From contig OZ260667.1 in NCBI GenBank assembly GCA_965285935.1, positions 22,320,001 to 22,384,000 of the forward strand: a stretch of DNA of 64,000 nucleotides, written 5' to 3'. This DNA comes from Ophelia neglecta. Taxonomy: Eukaryota. Made by a program: the position numbers and the translations under genes. Below, one piece after another: positions 27,201 to 42,200 of this stretch (position 1 is its first letter; every line of letters begins with the position of its first letter). The notes beneath the pieces were generated by a model. That model was not told where the DNA came from and did no database searches. It saw only the letters and a program-made list of their open reading frames with translations.

Positions 27201-30200
27201 GTGATATGCCTCCCCCTGCCCACTGTGCCCCAGCCTCTCACACATGGGTGATATGCCTCCCCCTGCCCACCGTGCCCCAGCCTCTTACACTGGGGTGATA
27301 TGTCTCCCCCTGCCCACCGTGCCCCAGCCTCTTACACTGGGGTGATATGTCTCACCCTGCCCACCATGCCCCAGCCTCTCACACTGGGGTGATATGTCTC
27401 CCGCTGCCCACCGTGCCCCAGCCTCTCACACTGGGGTGATATGCCTCTCCCTGCCCACCATGCCCCAGCCTCTCACACTGGGGTGATATGCCTCCCCCTG
27501 CCCACCGTGCCCCAGCCTCTTACACTGGGGTGATATGCCTCTCCCTGCCCACCATGCCCCAGCCTCTCACACATGGGTGATATGTCTCCCCCTGCCCACC
27601 GTGCCCCAGCCTCTCACACTGGGGTGATATGTCTCCCCCTGCCCATCGTGCCCCAGCCTCTCACACTGGGGTGATATGTCTTCCCCTGCCCACTGTGCCC
27701 CAGCCTCTCACACTGGGGTGATATGTCTCCCCCTGCACACCGTGCCCCAGCCTCTCACACTGGGGTGATATGTCTCCCGCTGCCCACCGTGCCCCAGCCT
27801 CTCACACTGGGGTGATATGTCTCCCCCTGCCCACTGTGCCCCAGCCTCTCACACTGGGGTGATATGTCTTCCCCTGCCCACCGTGCCCCAGCCTCTCACA
27901 CTGGGGTGATATGTCTCCCCCTGCCCACCGTGCCCCAGCCTCTCACACTGGGGTGATATGTCTTCCCCTGCCCACCGTGCCCCAGCCTCTCACACTGGGG
28001 TGATATGTCTCCCCCTGCCCACCGTGCCCCAGCCTCTCACACTGGGGTGATATGTCTTCCCCTGCCCACCTTGCCCCAGCCTCTCACACTGGGGTGATAT
28101 GTCTCCCCCTGCCCACTGTGCCCCAGCCTCTCACACTGGGGTGATATGTCTCCCACTGCCCACCGTGCCCCAGCCTCTCACACTGGGGTGATATGTCTCC
28201 CACTGCCCACCGTGCCCCAGCCTCTCACACTGGGGTGATATGCCTCCCCCTGCCCACCGTGCCCAAGCCTCTCACACTGGGGTGATATGTCTTCCCCTGC
28301 CCACCATGCCCCAGCCTCTCACACTGGGGTGATATGTCTCCCACTGCCCACCGTGCCCCAGCCTCTCACACTGGGGTGATATGCCTCCCCCTGCCCACTG
28401 TGCCCCAGCCTCTCACACAGGGGTGATATGTCTCCCCCTGCCCACCATGCCCCAGCCTCTCACACTGGGGTGATATGTCTCCCCCTGCCCACCATGCCCC
28501 AGCCTCTCACACTGGAGTGATATGCCTCCCCCTGCCCACCGTGCCCCAGCCTCTCACACTGGGGTCATATGTCTCCCACTGCCCACCGTGCCCCAGCCTC
28601 TCACACTGGGGTGATATGCCTCCCCCTGCCCACTGTGCCCCAGCCTCTCACACAGGGGTGATATGTCTCCCCCTGCCCACCATGCCCCAGCCTCTCACAC
28701 TGGGGTGATATGCCTCCCCCTGCCCACCATGCCCCAGCCTCTCACACTGGGGTGATATGCCTCCCCCTGCCCACTGTGCCCCAGCCTCTCACACTGGGGT
28801 GATATGTCTCCCCCTGCCCACCATGCCCCAGCCTCTCACACTGGGGTGATATGCCTCCCCCTGCCCACCGTGCCCCAGCCTCTCACACTGGAGCGATATG
28901 TCTCCCCCTGCCCACCATGCCCCAGCCTCTCACACTGGGGTGATATGCCTCCCCCTGCCCACCATGCCCCAGCCTCTCACACTGGGGTGATATGCCTCCC
29001 CCTGCCCACCGTGCCCCAGCCTCTTACACTGGGGTGATATGCCTCCCCCTGCCCACCATGCCCCAGCCTCTCACACTGGGGTGATATGCCTCCCCCTGCC
29101 CACCGTGCCCCAGCCTCTCACACTGGGGTGATATGTCTCCCCCTGCCCACCGTGCCCCAGCCTCTTACACTGGGGTGATATGTCTCCCCCTGCCCACCGT
29201 GCCCCAGCCTCTCACACTGGGGTAGTACATCCCCCAGTGATATTTCATCAACTCCCTTGTGGTGTTTATAAGCAGTGTGAGCACATTATCCATCTAATGA
29301 CTGACCATGACACTAGCTAATTAGGAGTCAAGTCCTTTTGGCCTGCTGTGTGCTACCAACACCTACCGGGAGACGCTAAAAAACAGGATACTAACCAAAA
29401 GAAAAGATTGGCCAGGGGCTGGCAGTAGTAATTTAACCAGCAAGGGCAATTTCATGCCTTTAGAAGGGCTGGACAAATATTTCAGGCCATCAGCATGGGA
29501 GCTAGAATGGTATATAGAGGCAGGGCCCTTCAGTCAGCCCCGGCATTTGGTCCTCAGAGCGGACAGCGAACCCCTGGGGCCTCGAGAACAAAACCAGCAC
29601 ACCTGTACACTGTAAGTCAAGTATGGTTCTCCAGGGGGCTCATTATAGCCAGGGATAGGCTGAACTTCCCCGGCTAAAAGTCAAGTAGCCATGCCATCTT
29701 GACAAGGTATTATCACAATGGAATTAAAACTGGTTATTACAAACTAATTAGCTTTTGTCTCTGCAAGAGACTTAGAGTCATTAGGATAATGGTGCCATCA
29801 ACAGAAACACAAACACCATGCTTAATGACATTAACAGCCTCGTTACACACTGGGTTTACTGTATGAAAATGATATGTTTGGTCGGTAATGTCTTTTTTAT
29901 TCTATTTTCACGTATTTCTCACCTTTCTCAATCCTTTTTCGTAGTGGTCAAAGAAGTCGTCAAGCGGGAAGGAGGCCAGTTCTTTGAGGGTGAGCACGGA
30001 GACCACCTCCTTGTCTATCACCCACTGAGGTGGCAGAAAATACCGCAAACAGGTTCTACAAATACAACACAGTAACAGACATAAATAACAGTAAATCATG
30101 GTAATCTAACAAGTATATTATAACCACTACATTAATACTCTAATCAGGCACCTACCTTGGAATTTAAAGAGACAACTAATGTTTGTTAACATTGAAAAGG

Positions 30201-33200
30201 TTACAGGATAATTTTTCTACTTTATATTTTTGGATATAAACTTTTATTCTTTTTTTTTTCAGTATTCGTAGTACATTTCTTAGATTTTGAGGTATTTGAT
30301 TTTAGTTTCAACAGGCATGCCGTCCCTGCAGCTATGCTGTAGAGATATATTTAGTTTGAGACTGATGATGTTCACCCTTTACATTCACAGCCTGTGGGGG
30401 CACACACCCGCTCATTGATCAGGTTCAGCCTGTAGCAGCACACACCCTGCTCATTGAGCACAGTTTCCTGTGACATGGCCGGGCCTCTTTACGGCTGTAT
30501 TAACAAGTCTTTCCTGAGCCTTGGTCACACTTAATGATCCAGACAATCATTACTAGTACCGCTCTTGCTGCCTTTTTCTTCAAATCTCACATGTATCCCC
30601 ACAAAGGCGTGCCTTAAAACTTGACTTCTGACTTTTGTGCGGAAAATGTGCTCACGCAGGGGTGCAAAATACATCATAGAAGACGCCTGGAGGTTTCCCT
30701 GCTGGCTGTATACTAATGATAGAGGGGAGATGGGGGCGACCTAACTAGGGGAGTGGGCAGGTAGAAAGACAGCAGGGTCACCGCCGTCTGCTCTTAATGA
30801 CCAGGCCAACATACCAAACTGGCGTTACGCACTCAGCAACACACTTCCGTCATACTGACAGCACTCCTAGCTGTTTCAAAGCTTAATTGCTACTTCTATT
30901 AATTAGCAATATTCTGAATTGCAAGTTTTGCTCACTAATGATGCCTTTGGGCTAGTGGTTTTAGAAAATTTTCATTCAAAGAATTGGATAAATGTTCATT
31001 GCCCTTTCATGCTAATAATAGCCCTATATTTTCTCTTTTAGGGCTATGATTCAGGGTTATAGGGTAAATTTGTGGTCATATGGTCCTGGGTTTTACATAG
31101 CTGTATATGTAATGTACCTGTAGCCATTGGCAATGTCCTCTGTGAATTGGGCTGTGGTGGTCGAGCCGGAGGCTGTGGAGGAACTGGGAATCTCACTGGA
31201 TATGTTGTCATTGGTACGACTCTCCGCTGTAGAGACTACCTCGGCATGATCCAACTAAAAAACACCATAAATACACACATGTTCAAGTCGGTTTTAAAAC
31301 ACAGAACGGAGGAACATCATCAAAAACGACAGTGATTAAGACAGTAATCTGTCATGCTTTGTTCAAATCTATTATTATATTGATTAATTGTGTTCTATTG
31401 ATACAAGCACAGGAAATTACTGAGGTCAAAAGGCTAATATGGCAGCCATTGAGTCCAATGAGGGGTTATTGACTTTTTAAATCCTGCCATGTTATTTCTG
31501 ACACCTAAGATCTGAGCTGGTTACTTGTCTAATGGGATACTTATTAGCCGTCTCTGTCTTAGCCGTGTAAGCCCTAAATTGCTGCTTGTGGCCCATTCAG
31601 GGCTCACAATGGCCAGATTGGGGATTAGGACTGAATACAGCGCTGGCATGTGCCTCTTTGTGAGAGGAGCTCTCATCTGGCCCGGCTAAACAAGCTGGGC
31701 GCGTTGGCCGGCCCCGGCTGATGGAGCAGCAGACGGAATGCTCTGTGACAGGGCTCCCCGGCAGATGTTCCCAAGAACACCGCCGTAAGGTATTGACATA
31801 ATAAACCACTAACATCCAACCATCCTATAATAGCCTGCAAAATCACATCAACTGGAAAGCAATATTTCACTGAGGGAGGCGACTGATGCACTGAATTTAC
31901 CCCAGACAAAAGACTCTGGAAATCAACAGCAAGTTGAATTTTCTCCCTACAATCTGTTGATTAACTTTCCATAGAAATGCATTTATTGATTTAATAATGT
32001 GTTTACTGAACAACATATCCTTATTTGCCATAAATCAAATTTAAGGGAATATTTACTTTACATAAAGATGAGTTATCCACCAGTTGATACACACAAACAC
32101 TGTAGAACAACAGCCGAACCACACAAGCATGGCATTAAAATTTTATCTGCCTCCATTTAGCTAATTATTTCTGCAATATACAATCTCCTTAGAGGAGTTC
32201 TCATACGCTTTCTTTCCCAAACCTCCTCTCTCAAGAAAACCACAAGACAGTTAATTTACCAGCCCAGCCCACTATTAGGAATTTTGAAGTGAGGATTTTG
32301 TTACAGTGACATCTGGGCTTAGTCAAAGGTGTAGTTTTCAACAGGTTCAAACAAAAGCTAAATAATTCATCTCCTCCGGTAAGCCTAAAATTCCTCCCGA
32401 GTGGTCTTTAGTACAAGCTGGCTGAGAGGCATAAACTCAATTATGTCTTTACCCAATGTTTGTCTCGGACCTTAATTCCATTTAAAATCCTACCTCCTCT
32501 TGGGCTAAGTACTAGCATTTTCTGGTGGTATACAACTCGAAGATAATGGCCACATGGAAAGGTCTAATTAATCATAATTGAGATCAATAGAGAGTAGTCT
32601 TCTTGGTAATCTTGTCTTACTAGGTGGTTATATCTTAGAGTGACACTTTACAGTAAGTTGACAGGTTGACTCTTATTATCATTTTCTAATCCAGTCAGCT
32701 TACTTACTTTATGAAGTCTTACGTCTGAACTGTCACTTTCATACCTGGAAAGACAAATAAACATTAATGTTTGATACACAAAATGAACTGTCATACTCTT
32801 AAATAAGCTGAAACAACATCAGTAATCAATTAAACTAATTAAATGGCCTACAGACAAATGAACCAGTCACATCATTTTGGGCTACTTTCAGATTTCACAA
32901 ATAATTTTCGCACATAAACGGATGCAGGTTGTTTTCTTTCACAAATGTCATTAATGACTTGTCGTTTAATGTGACAAGCGTTATCTGTCGGGTGTTAGAA
33001 GCCGACCGGGGTCTTCAGGAAGGCCCACACCAAGCTCGTGATGCCAACGAGTCTTAGTAAACACCCAGAAACAAAAGGTGGCGAGTGGAGTCCATCAACG
33101 CTAACAGTATCTCCGTAATAACCTACACCCCACACTCGCTAATTATCTACACTTTTGTTCTCGTCAGCGACACTCGACACACGTCCCGGTCCACGGCGGC

Positions 33201-36200
33201 CATGATTATTCCGGCCGAGCGACGTGGTTGTGTCATAAAGGAGATAATAGCCACAGACATACGTGGCCATTGTGGCAGCCGTGTCAAACTCCTCTTTAAT
33301 ATCTGCTAATCCCTCTTCACTCGGTGAGAGTAGGCCGATGGTCTTGTCGCCTGCCTCCCGACATGGGGCAATTAACACAACATCAAGTACTGGCCACCTT
33401 TAATACCACGGTAACTCTAATCTAACAGGGAGAACATTGGAAATTGACCTTCCAATACTACTTCATAACAGATCATGTTTTAGTCAAAGCAAACAAGCAC
33501 ATGTTTAAAATGACTTCTTTAAACAGCTTAGTAACAAACCTGATGCTCCAATAAAGGGAGGCATTCATGTTTTCTTTGCATTTTTAAGTTATTGTCGTTA
33601 GAATCTTACTCATGATGGCTAAAGGTGGGCGCGAGCATAAGTTGATTAGGATTTGGCCCGGCCTCATTAATAAACCATATTACAACTGATCTCCAATAGT
33701 GGAATTCACAGGGCATTTAAATTTAATGAGAGTTTGATTTGATGCCTATTATACTGTTAGATAAGAGCCATATCCCTCTCGCTATGATCCCGCCGGCGGT
33801 CCCCGGAGACCCGAGCCACGAGTAGGATCGCTGTGTTATTGTGTAACAAGGCATATGGTCAGCGCAGTGCTCAAGGAGTAATAAGGCAGGATATTCTCCT
33901 CTCGATCAGCCATGAAAAGACGATTTTGTGCAATTACCCAAAGCAAAAGTGGAGGCAAAACCAAAAAGGAAATAGAAAAATCAACACTATACACCATTTT
34001 ATACTCCAACCCTAACAACTCATCCCTTTTTATATTGGGTATACACAAGTTGGATATATGTTAACATTACCTTCGTAGATAGTAGCTACATTTATGTCAG
34101 GACTACGCCATGAACACAGTCTTGACTTACATCTACCATGGTTAACTTAATTTATATCAAAAGGACTCCTTGATTTGAATGATTACAAATATATTGGTTC
34201 ATATCAAAGGCCAACTGTCTGTAATCTTTATCATTGTAGATTTAATTTTATCCACATATTAGCAAAATATAGACAGCTGAATATAAAATTTAAAAGCAAT
34301 GAAAACCACATGAAAATACACAGGCAGTATGTTATCAGGACAGCACAAAATGTATAAAACGTGAACGTCACAGTCAAAACTTATTATTAGTATTTGAGAA
34401 TGAAAAAACATATTGGGAGTATATGTATCTTTGAAGATAAGTACATATATGTACTGGGTGACTTTATGCCATCAAAAGCCCATAATATACGGAAAGAGTG
34501 TAAAAAGAATGCCACATCAGAAGGCAGTAAAACTGCCAGTAAAAAGCAGTCGACAGCCTTTGCCACAACACCATTTACCTTTGTCAGCTAAACCTGGCAT
34601 GACCGGTGTAACTCAGTAATGAATTTATGATTGGACGAAAATTAATTTTAAATTGATCACAAGAGGCAACTTAAAGGTGTAGCCGGCTGGCTGGAGTCGG
34701 TCATATCGTGTCTATTATATGAACACAATTGTAGTAATAGTGTTCCTGGTCTAATTGGTTATCATTGAAAAGCGTTAGTCCAAGCAAAACCATTTTATTT
34801 GTGCCTAATACATAGTAGTGGAATGTTAACTGGCTCAGAGCATGGTGAATAACTGTTTAAACAGGAATCAACCCAATAATCTTCCATTTAGGACAATGTA
34901 CTGGACTACTTCCAACTACTAATGCTCCAATATTAAAATACTGAGGCAATCCAAAATTCAACTTAGGTTAATCTGTTGGGTGAATCAAACACTGGGAAAC
35001 AATTAATTTGCTCGGTTACATTTGAATTTTATAATAATTATTATTAAAGGTACCAACCTATTATATATTGCATTCATTTTGCATTCATTCAATATAGATT
35101 GAATGTGTATTGAAAGAACGCAATATATAATAGCTCTGTGTATTGCACACTAAATTGATGATATCGCCGAGTAATGTCACCATTAAGAATTTTTAATGTT
35201 TGCAAACGTTTTGTGAACTTAGAAACATGATAAGTATATGATACTGCCTCATCTACTGAGGTGGAATCTTATATAAAAATAAGGTTCAAGCTGGTATGAT
35301 TTTAATATACTAGGTAGGTAAGGTTGGGTAAAGTCTGGGGCGAGTTAACACCTTTGGGAGGTGATCAAACGACAGGTGGAGGGCTGATGAGGGCCATTGA
35401 AGGGCCGGCCATATTCTTAATCATTTGGCCTTCAAAGGTGCACACATATAATGCAAGGCGCTGTGAGGGACACCTCGGTGTTAATCCGTCTGCTAGGGCC
35501 GGGAAGAGAGCCGGCTTCAAAGGCCTGAACATAGTTGTTGGAGTGAAGACCACATGTGACTTTGGGGACCAACCACCACTGTACTTGCCACCTGATACTC
35601 CACACATACTCCTCACCTACACCATATATACCTAATGTGATTGGTTCACATGAAGCAATAATGCAGGATTCTCCCACCAAAGCATAATTAAATAAATCAA
35701 ATTGGATTTCATGTGAACAGTTTTGTTTAAATACCACATGTATGAAAGTCTTTTCCAACCATATCCTCAAGCCTTCCAAATGCTAGCATAGAGCTGCATA
35801 AGCATGTAAATAAGCCAGTGTAGGGCTCAAGGCTCTTTCTACAAATTTTAAAACAGTAATAAATACATTGAATTTTCACACTGTAAAGGGCGACTTTTGA
35901 TACTTTTGATGGCACACAGAACGCTGAGCTACTGACAGCTTCTTTGTAAGTAAATATGTTTCAATCTTATCTGGGCAGAAAGTTGCTGGAAACACAAGAG
36001 TGCTTTTATCCCCACCACAAAAGCTGTGAGAACAGCACAATTGGTGAATAAATACAAATTTTTGTTTGGAATTTCATCAGATTCAGTTACCCCACAATGA
36101 CAAATGCGTGTTTGACACGGTCATGATAAGGCGACCTCCGACCTTTCCGGGCAGACGTCAAGTGTGAGTGGCGGCTATCAAGAAAGTCGCTACTTCTGCT

Positions 36201-39200
36201 TTTTAATTAAGCCACTCATCAAGAGTATCACTAGCATGGAGGTAAGACCAAATGAGGGTATTGGTTTCCTGCCCTTATTTCACACGTGACGGCCTCGACG
36301 AATGCCACGGCGCCCGGGCCTACAGCCACAGATCAGGTACAACCCGAAGCGCTTAAATTACCGAATTCTGCACGGAGATTGTGCAAAAATGTTCAGTTGG
36401 CTACTGAAATTTCCAAGTACGGCATCTTAAATAAGTCTAGCTTTGTCAAGGAAACTTTGTTTATAGATGCCCGTTGTAGCTTATCTCTTTTTCTGAAGAT
36501 AGTGAAAACAAGTTATCTGGTACACCTATCCAAGAGATTCATTCACTGTAACACTAGCAATATTCTCTACATTATTTTTCATTCTTTATTAACATTGACT
36601 CTTCCCAAAAATTGATGTGGTCTACTTCACATACTTGTAGTTTTAACTAAAAATGAAACTAACAGTCAATTAACTATCACATCTTAGCTAAAAGCATCAA
36701 CTGAACACAACTTTTAGTGTAATATTTTCTGTTTGCTTGGAGAGTTGGTGGGAGGGCTGGTCCTACGGAGAGAACTGGCTGGTGAGGTTCCCAGCATGTT
36801 GTCTATTATGTCCTCCCCTCCTGGAGGAAGTCAATAGAAGACTAGCCCAAGGCCAGTAACCCTACTCCCTAGCATGGCTCTGTTTGAGCCCACTATTCTT
36901 ACAGTGTCCAGCTTAAATTGCAACATCGATAAATTAAATGCTTAGAGTTGACCACCTCGGCGTATCAGAGGGGAGTAAATTATATGAAAATTACTGTTTT
37001 CAATTGCCAGCCATACAATCAACATTACTGTTGTGAAAAGTGAATTCTTGACTTAAGTTTACACTGAGGATAGCTAATTTATAGCAGTAAATTATAGGAA
37101 TTGTTGCCAGTCGAAGTTCCACACAAACACCGAAACATAGCCATTTACTCTAGGAGCCCTACCAGCACACACAGAGTAAAATACAAATTAGTTAATTAAA
37201 ATACACTGGTACTTAAAGAGTCTGCACTTGTTCCCCCTTAGTTGCACTTCACATGGGGAAACTTCAAGGGGTCTCCATCATCAGTGTATACCACAACATT
37301 TCAATTTAACTGAAATTGATTTCTACCTACCAGCTGTAATTGAAATAAATTGGGCTTGACTGTCATTCACCAAAACAGTGCTCAGTTATGTCCCGAGGCA
37401 AAACATCTGAACAAAACCCTCAAGTTAAGTGATTTTGTTATTTGAGAAAGATTCATGTAGAAACCCATTTCAGTGAAACAAAATTTGCTCAGGACAATTT
37501 TCCTAACTTTAAAGATGCCCAAGATAAAACAGTGAGGTTTACATTCTACATGTTTAAAAGGAAAACGGCAAACATTTTACAACCGTTCTGTCTCCTCAGT
37601 TCTATTAAAAGATGCTCGACAAGATACAACATTCTCTAAGCAATAACATAACAACTTTTGAAGCATAATAGTTGTATGTTAGATATAATGACGGCAGCTG
37701 AGATCAAAGCATGCTGGCCTCTTTAAATGTACTTGCGACATCTTGAGAGATCATTTATAGGCAATTTGACCACAATTTGCGAGCTATAGCCACTTGCCCT
37801 GCAAAGGCCCGCCTGCTTTGGTATGTTGCTGTGGCAGTCGTGTTCCAGGAGTTGCTATTGTTTACGAGTCAACCCATAACAGTTTTATGCCCAACTTGGT
37901 GTCGCGGAGTCTGCGGTTTTCAGTCAAATCTTCAGCCGGGCTGGTTGTACATTCACAGTTTGCTGCCAAATTCAGCCACCATGGACACAGTTTTGCATGA
38001 AATCTGACGGCCAACAAAGCGGTGATGTGACATGATATGCCTACATTGTGCGACATGGAGTGCGGGACCATAAACTCATTTTTCAGACAAATTCACCACT
38101 CGGTTATGGCATGGCCATTGTCCCACATGACTCCCGCACCCATTGTAATCTCGATATAGAATGCAGACGGGGAAGAAAATTTGATTTTAATTGGCCCAAA
38201 TTATATCAAATACCATGCAATGGTAGATATTGCCAGGCCCCACACCCGGGCTAAGCCATTTATACCAAAGGCATCAAAATCTCGCCCCCTTTCTAATGGG
38301 CTTGTCTGTGCAGTGCATGATTGGGAGTACCCGTGTAGATCAGCCTGAGCTCCAAGTCAGACCCTACGCTCACAAACCCATTCTAACCTGATAGGAACTG
38401 CCACAAAATACAGCCAATCGGCGATATACATCCCATTTATCAGGACACCCGAACAATAAATTGTACATTACTTTCATCTTAATTCATGACAGGCCCTTCG
38501 AGCATAATCTCAAGTTGCTTTCATAGCACCTAACCACAGCTGTTTGTTTGAACAAAACTTGGAACATAGGCCCGAATGTGTTGTTTTTGTACAATACAAA
38601 TTATTCCAATTATTCCAGCACCTGGTCCTTGTTTGTAAAAGATTCACAATCCAACCAATAAGGGCTTAAAACATGCGATAGAAGAAACGCCATCTCAAGG
38701 AGATAATGCTTTTTAGGTGCTTCGACGTATCATTTTTTCACGGCTATTATATTTATAGACTAATTATCCAATGCAGGTAGAGACTTTATCAGTACGGCCT
38801 GACACATGCCAGATTTTAGTTCTATGACATGCGCTAGTATTGGTCTAGTAACAATTGTACAAGGCAAAGGTGTTGAAATCATCACAATTGAAGAAGTCAA
38901 GTAATATTTAGGAGTTGTGAACTTTATTTCCACAGTTTTCCCCTAAGTGTTGGCTATGGTGTAATGATAAATCTGTGTTTTCAGCGTGTGGGTAGCAGTG
39001 TGCGGGTAGGTATCACCTATCACAGGAGAGATGTGAGGAGAGAGACGCTCTTGTCCTACACCTCTCCCAGCCCTCCTCGCCACCTCCCCACACCAACAAA
39101 CAGACCCACACACACACACAATAAAACCTGTACATTTTCACAAATCATAAGGCCACATGGCCCCATACTGTCAATTCACCACCCAGCGGTGTCAACACAA

Positions 39201-42200
39201 ATTTATTTCTCACAAGAGCCCGGGTAAGACAGCCCTAGCTAAAGTGGCCAACAATCAACACCAGCTTAAAACACGACAAAATGAACACCTACTAGGTAAA
39301 AAGCCCACTCTACATACAGTCATACCTATACGAAGACTTTCTCAACTATAGCCATCCAGGCAAATACAAATCACATATGTTCTTTAAAGGAGACACTGAA
39401 ATTTTCTTTGGCAATTATATTCACAGTTTTACAGGTAATCTGCAGGTGCAGTTAATAATATTTATTTTTGGGCCAATGCAATTTTTTTTGTGCTTGACTT
39501 GAGATTGGCTACTAATTATTGATTTAACATACCAAATTTGGACATTTCAGAAAGGATTCAGCAATTCCATGCCGTACAAGAAGCCACAACAGCCAGCTTA
39601 GTGCAGACAATTATACCAATTACTTAATTAATCTGCTTCAAATGAAGAAGGTCCATGCCGTGCTAATCACTGTAGAATCAATAACAGACATGATCACCGA
39701 GCAACGACTGCTCGACATGGAAGCAGACACATCTCCTCCGCAACCAATATTCCCAATCTGAGACCGCAAAATTTTTTTCTAAGCAAATTATTTTTTGCTG
39801 GGACTGAAGAACAGGAGTCTTAGTTGCTGTCCAATCCTAATAAAGACCTTAATAGGATGAGACTGAAAACTAAATGAATTTCACAGAATCCTTCCTACAT
39901 TAGGTTTTCACTCCATAAAGAAGAGCTCTAGATAATTGAGTTTTCCTAGTGAGACCTAATATGATTACTCCGGAGAGTCAGATGATTATATACCTGGACA
40001 GGTGGGCTCATATCAGGGCTACTCCTCTGACAAACAATGGAGTCAGTACAATTCATCCATCTTCCCTTAATTCCCTGATCTACACTCATGCCATTTTTAC
40101 CCATAACACGTTTTGCTTCATCTTCTACATGCTAAAACATATGCTTATTATCAAAGTTTTAAATTTGCTTCAACTGCTAATGTTTAAGCTACATTTAACA
40201 CTTTTGCTGAACATATTATCTTTCTAATGTGTCGTTTGAGATTTTTATCCTTGGGAGGATCTCAATCTTAACGATCATCTAGGCACTTAGACTAGTGATG
40301 ACATAAAAGTACAGCTTATTCAATTTCTCTTCTAAATGTATGTTTATAATTTAAATCTATCATTCTGGTCGCTTGTTATTCAGCAGATACAACATTTTTT
40401 AACTAACACATACAATGCTTATTGTGGGATTATATTGTTTTGAACTTACATTTTAGCATATTTATCCTGGGAATAATTGTTTTTTAATAATTTTTTAATA
40501 ATTAAAGTTTAGGGTATTATGCAATTGTTTTTATCTTCTGTTTCATGTGTTTGTTTTGGGTATTTGATTACTTTCACCAATCATTTACCAGGGGTCTACA
40601 CTAACTTTTCTCAGCACTTGCCCTGAGGGCAAGTAGCACCAGGAAACTACTAGCCCGCACCATAGGCTTACTGTCCCAAAAATATTTGTACATATAAAAT
40701 ATACAAGATATCCAACAATCGGCGATTTGGAGAATTTTAGCAGGTTGCCCAACGGGAAGTTAGTAACTAAAACCTTTGTGCCCACAAGCAGATTTGAGGT
40801 TCCCCAGGACGTCGGGCAATAGTTAGTGTAGACCCCTGCATTTACCATGTGTTTTCTTGAGGAGGATGTTATTTGAATCACTTTCAATGGTGTTGCTATG
40901 CAAATATTCTGATTAATCCTACCATTTGTCGTGTTTATCCTGGGGATGCTTGTCTAATTTGACTTTCCACTTTCCCAGTTTCTTGTTCACCTCTACTATA
41001 ACGCCATTTGACCTGAAAATAAAGAACACAAATATTTAAAGTCACACACACAGTTTTTTAAGCTGTTAACAAGCGATAGTTGACTAAGGTTTTTGTTATT
41101 TTTCATTATTTTAACATTATTATTTTGTTTTGAATATTGAATATTTTAACAATTTAAAATGTTAATTTTTTAACATCTGCATTTGTTTTTCCCTGGATTT
41201 AAGCTGATTTAGGACTCATGATGAGATGGGCTGGCCAGTGGCTGGCCAGTGGCTGTCCATGGCTCATGGACAAGATTAACTGTCTTGATTACTGGGGTGT
41301 GTCTGCATGTCAATATCATGATAGCCGTGGTTTACTGGATGGGACCAGATCACTGGGGCGTGTCTGCCTGTCTAACTCCTGATACCCCTGGATTACACCG
41401 ACAAAACAGGCTGGACAGACAAAACAGACTGGACAGACGACAAATGACTCACTGAATGAAATATGAAAAGGACAGTGTTCTTTTAGTCTGCCTCATCTGA
41501 TTTTACTAACTCATACCAGGATCTAAACCTAACTTTTTTGATAAAAATTTGCTTGGGGGGAAACACACAAAGCATCAGGTATAAAAATATATACAAGTTT
41601 TATCCTGCCACAGTTTCCATGATGATGGGATCAGGCCATATGAGCTGGCCCTCTCTTGTGGCCTCCCTGTACGTAAATGTACTAAGGATGTTGGAGTTTA
41701 GTACAGTATACACAGAAAACTCTACCGGCCAGCCAGGCCTGCCCTAACCAGGCCCTAACCGGCCAGGCGCCGCTGCTCTGACAGGCCAGCCTCAGCCCAC
41801 ATAAATCCTCACTAATCTCTCACACCTCCACCAGAGTAAATCATAGCACCCTGATAGATTCTGCCAGTCACCATAGCCACGGCCATTTGCAAGACTGGCT
41901 CATAACAAATTCTTAAAATGGAAGCAGCAGGATTTTCTCAGGGGAGAGCTTGCTGTATGAGGGTCAAGGGAGAGGCTTGCTGTAGGAGGGTCAAGGGAGA
42001 GGCTTGCAGCAGGAGATTCAGGGGAGAGGCTTGCTGTAGGAGGGCCAGGAGAGAGGCTTTCTGTAGGAGGGTCACGGGAGAGGCTTGCTGCAGGAGATTC
42101 AGGGGAAAGGCTTGCTGTAGGAGGGCCAGGAGAGAGCCTTGCTGTAGGAGGGTCACGGGAGAGGCTTGCTGCAGGAGATTCAGGGGAGAGGCTTGCTGAA

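Noticed and set aside
26793-29223. CRISPR-like array, or Pro/Cys-rich ORFs
   Set aside because: Units are contiguous with no unique spacers, there are no cas genes, and it sits in a eukaryotic intron. The 47-bp period shifts frame every unit, so the ORFs are artefacts.
30388-30462. Short local duplications (about 38 bp here; also 41229-41265, 41401-41440, 43249-43355)
   Set aside because: Two- to three-copy slippage products with no sign of function.
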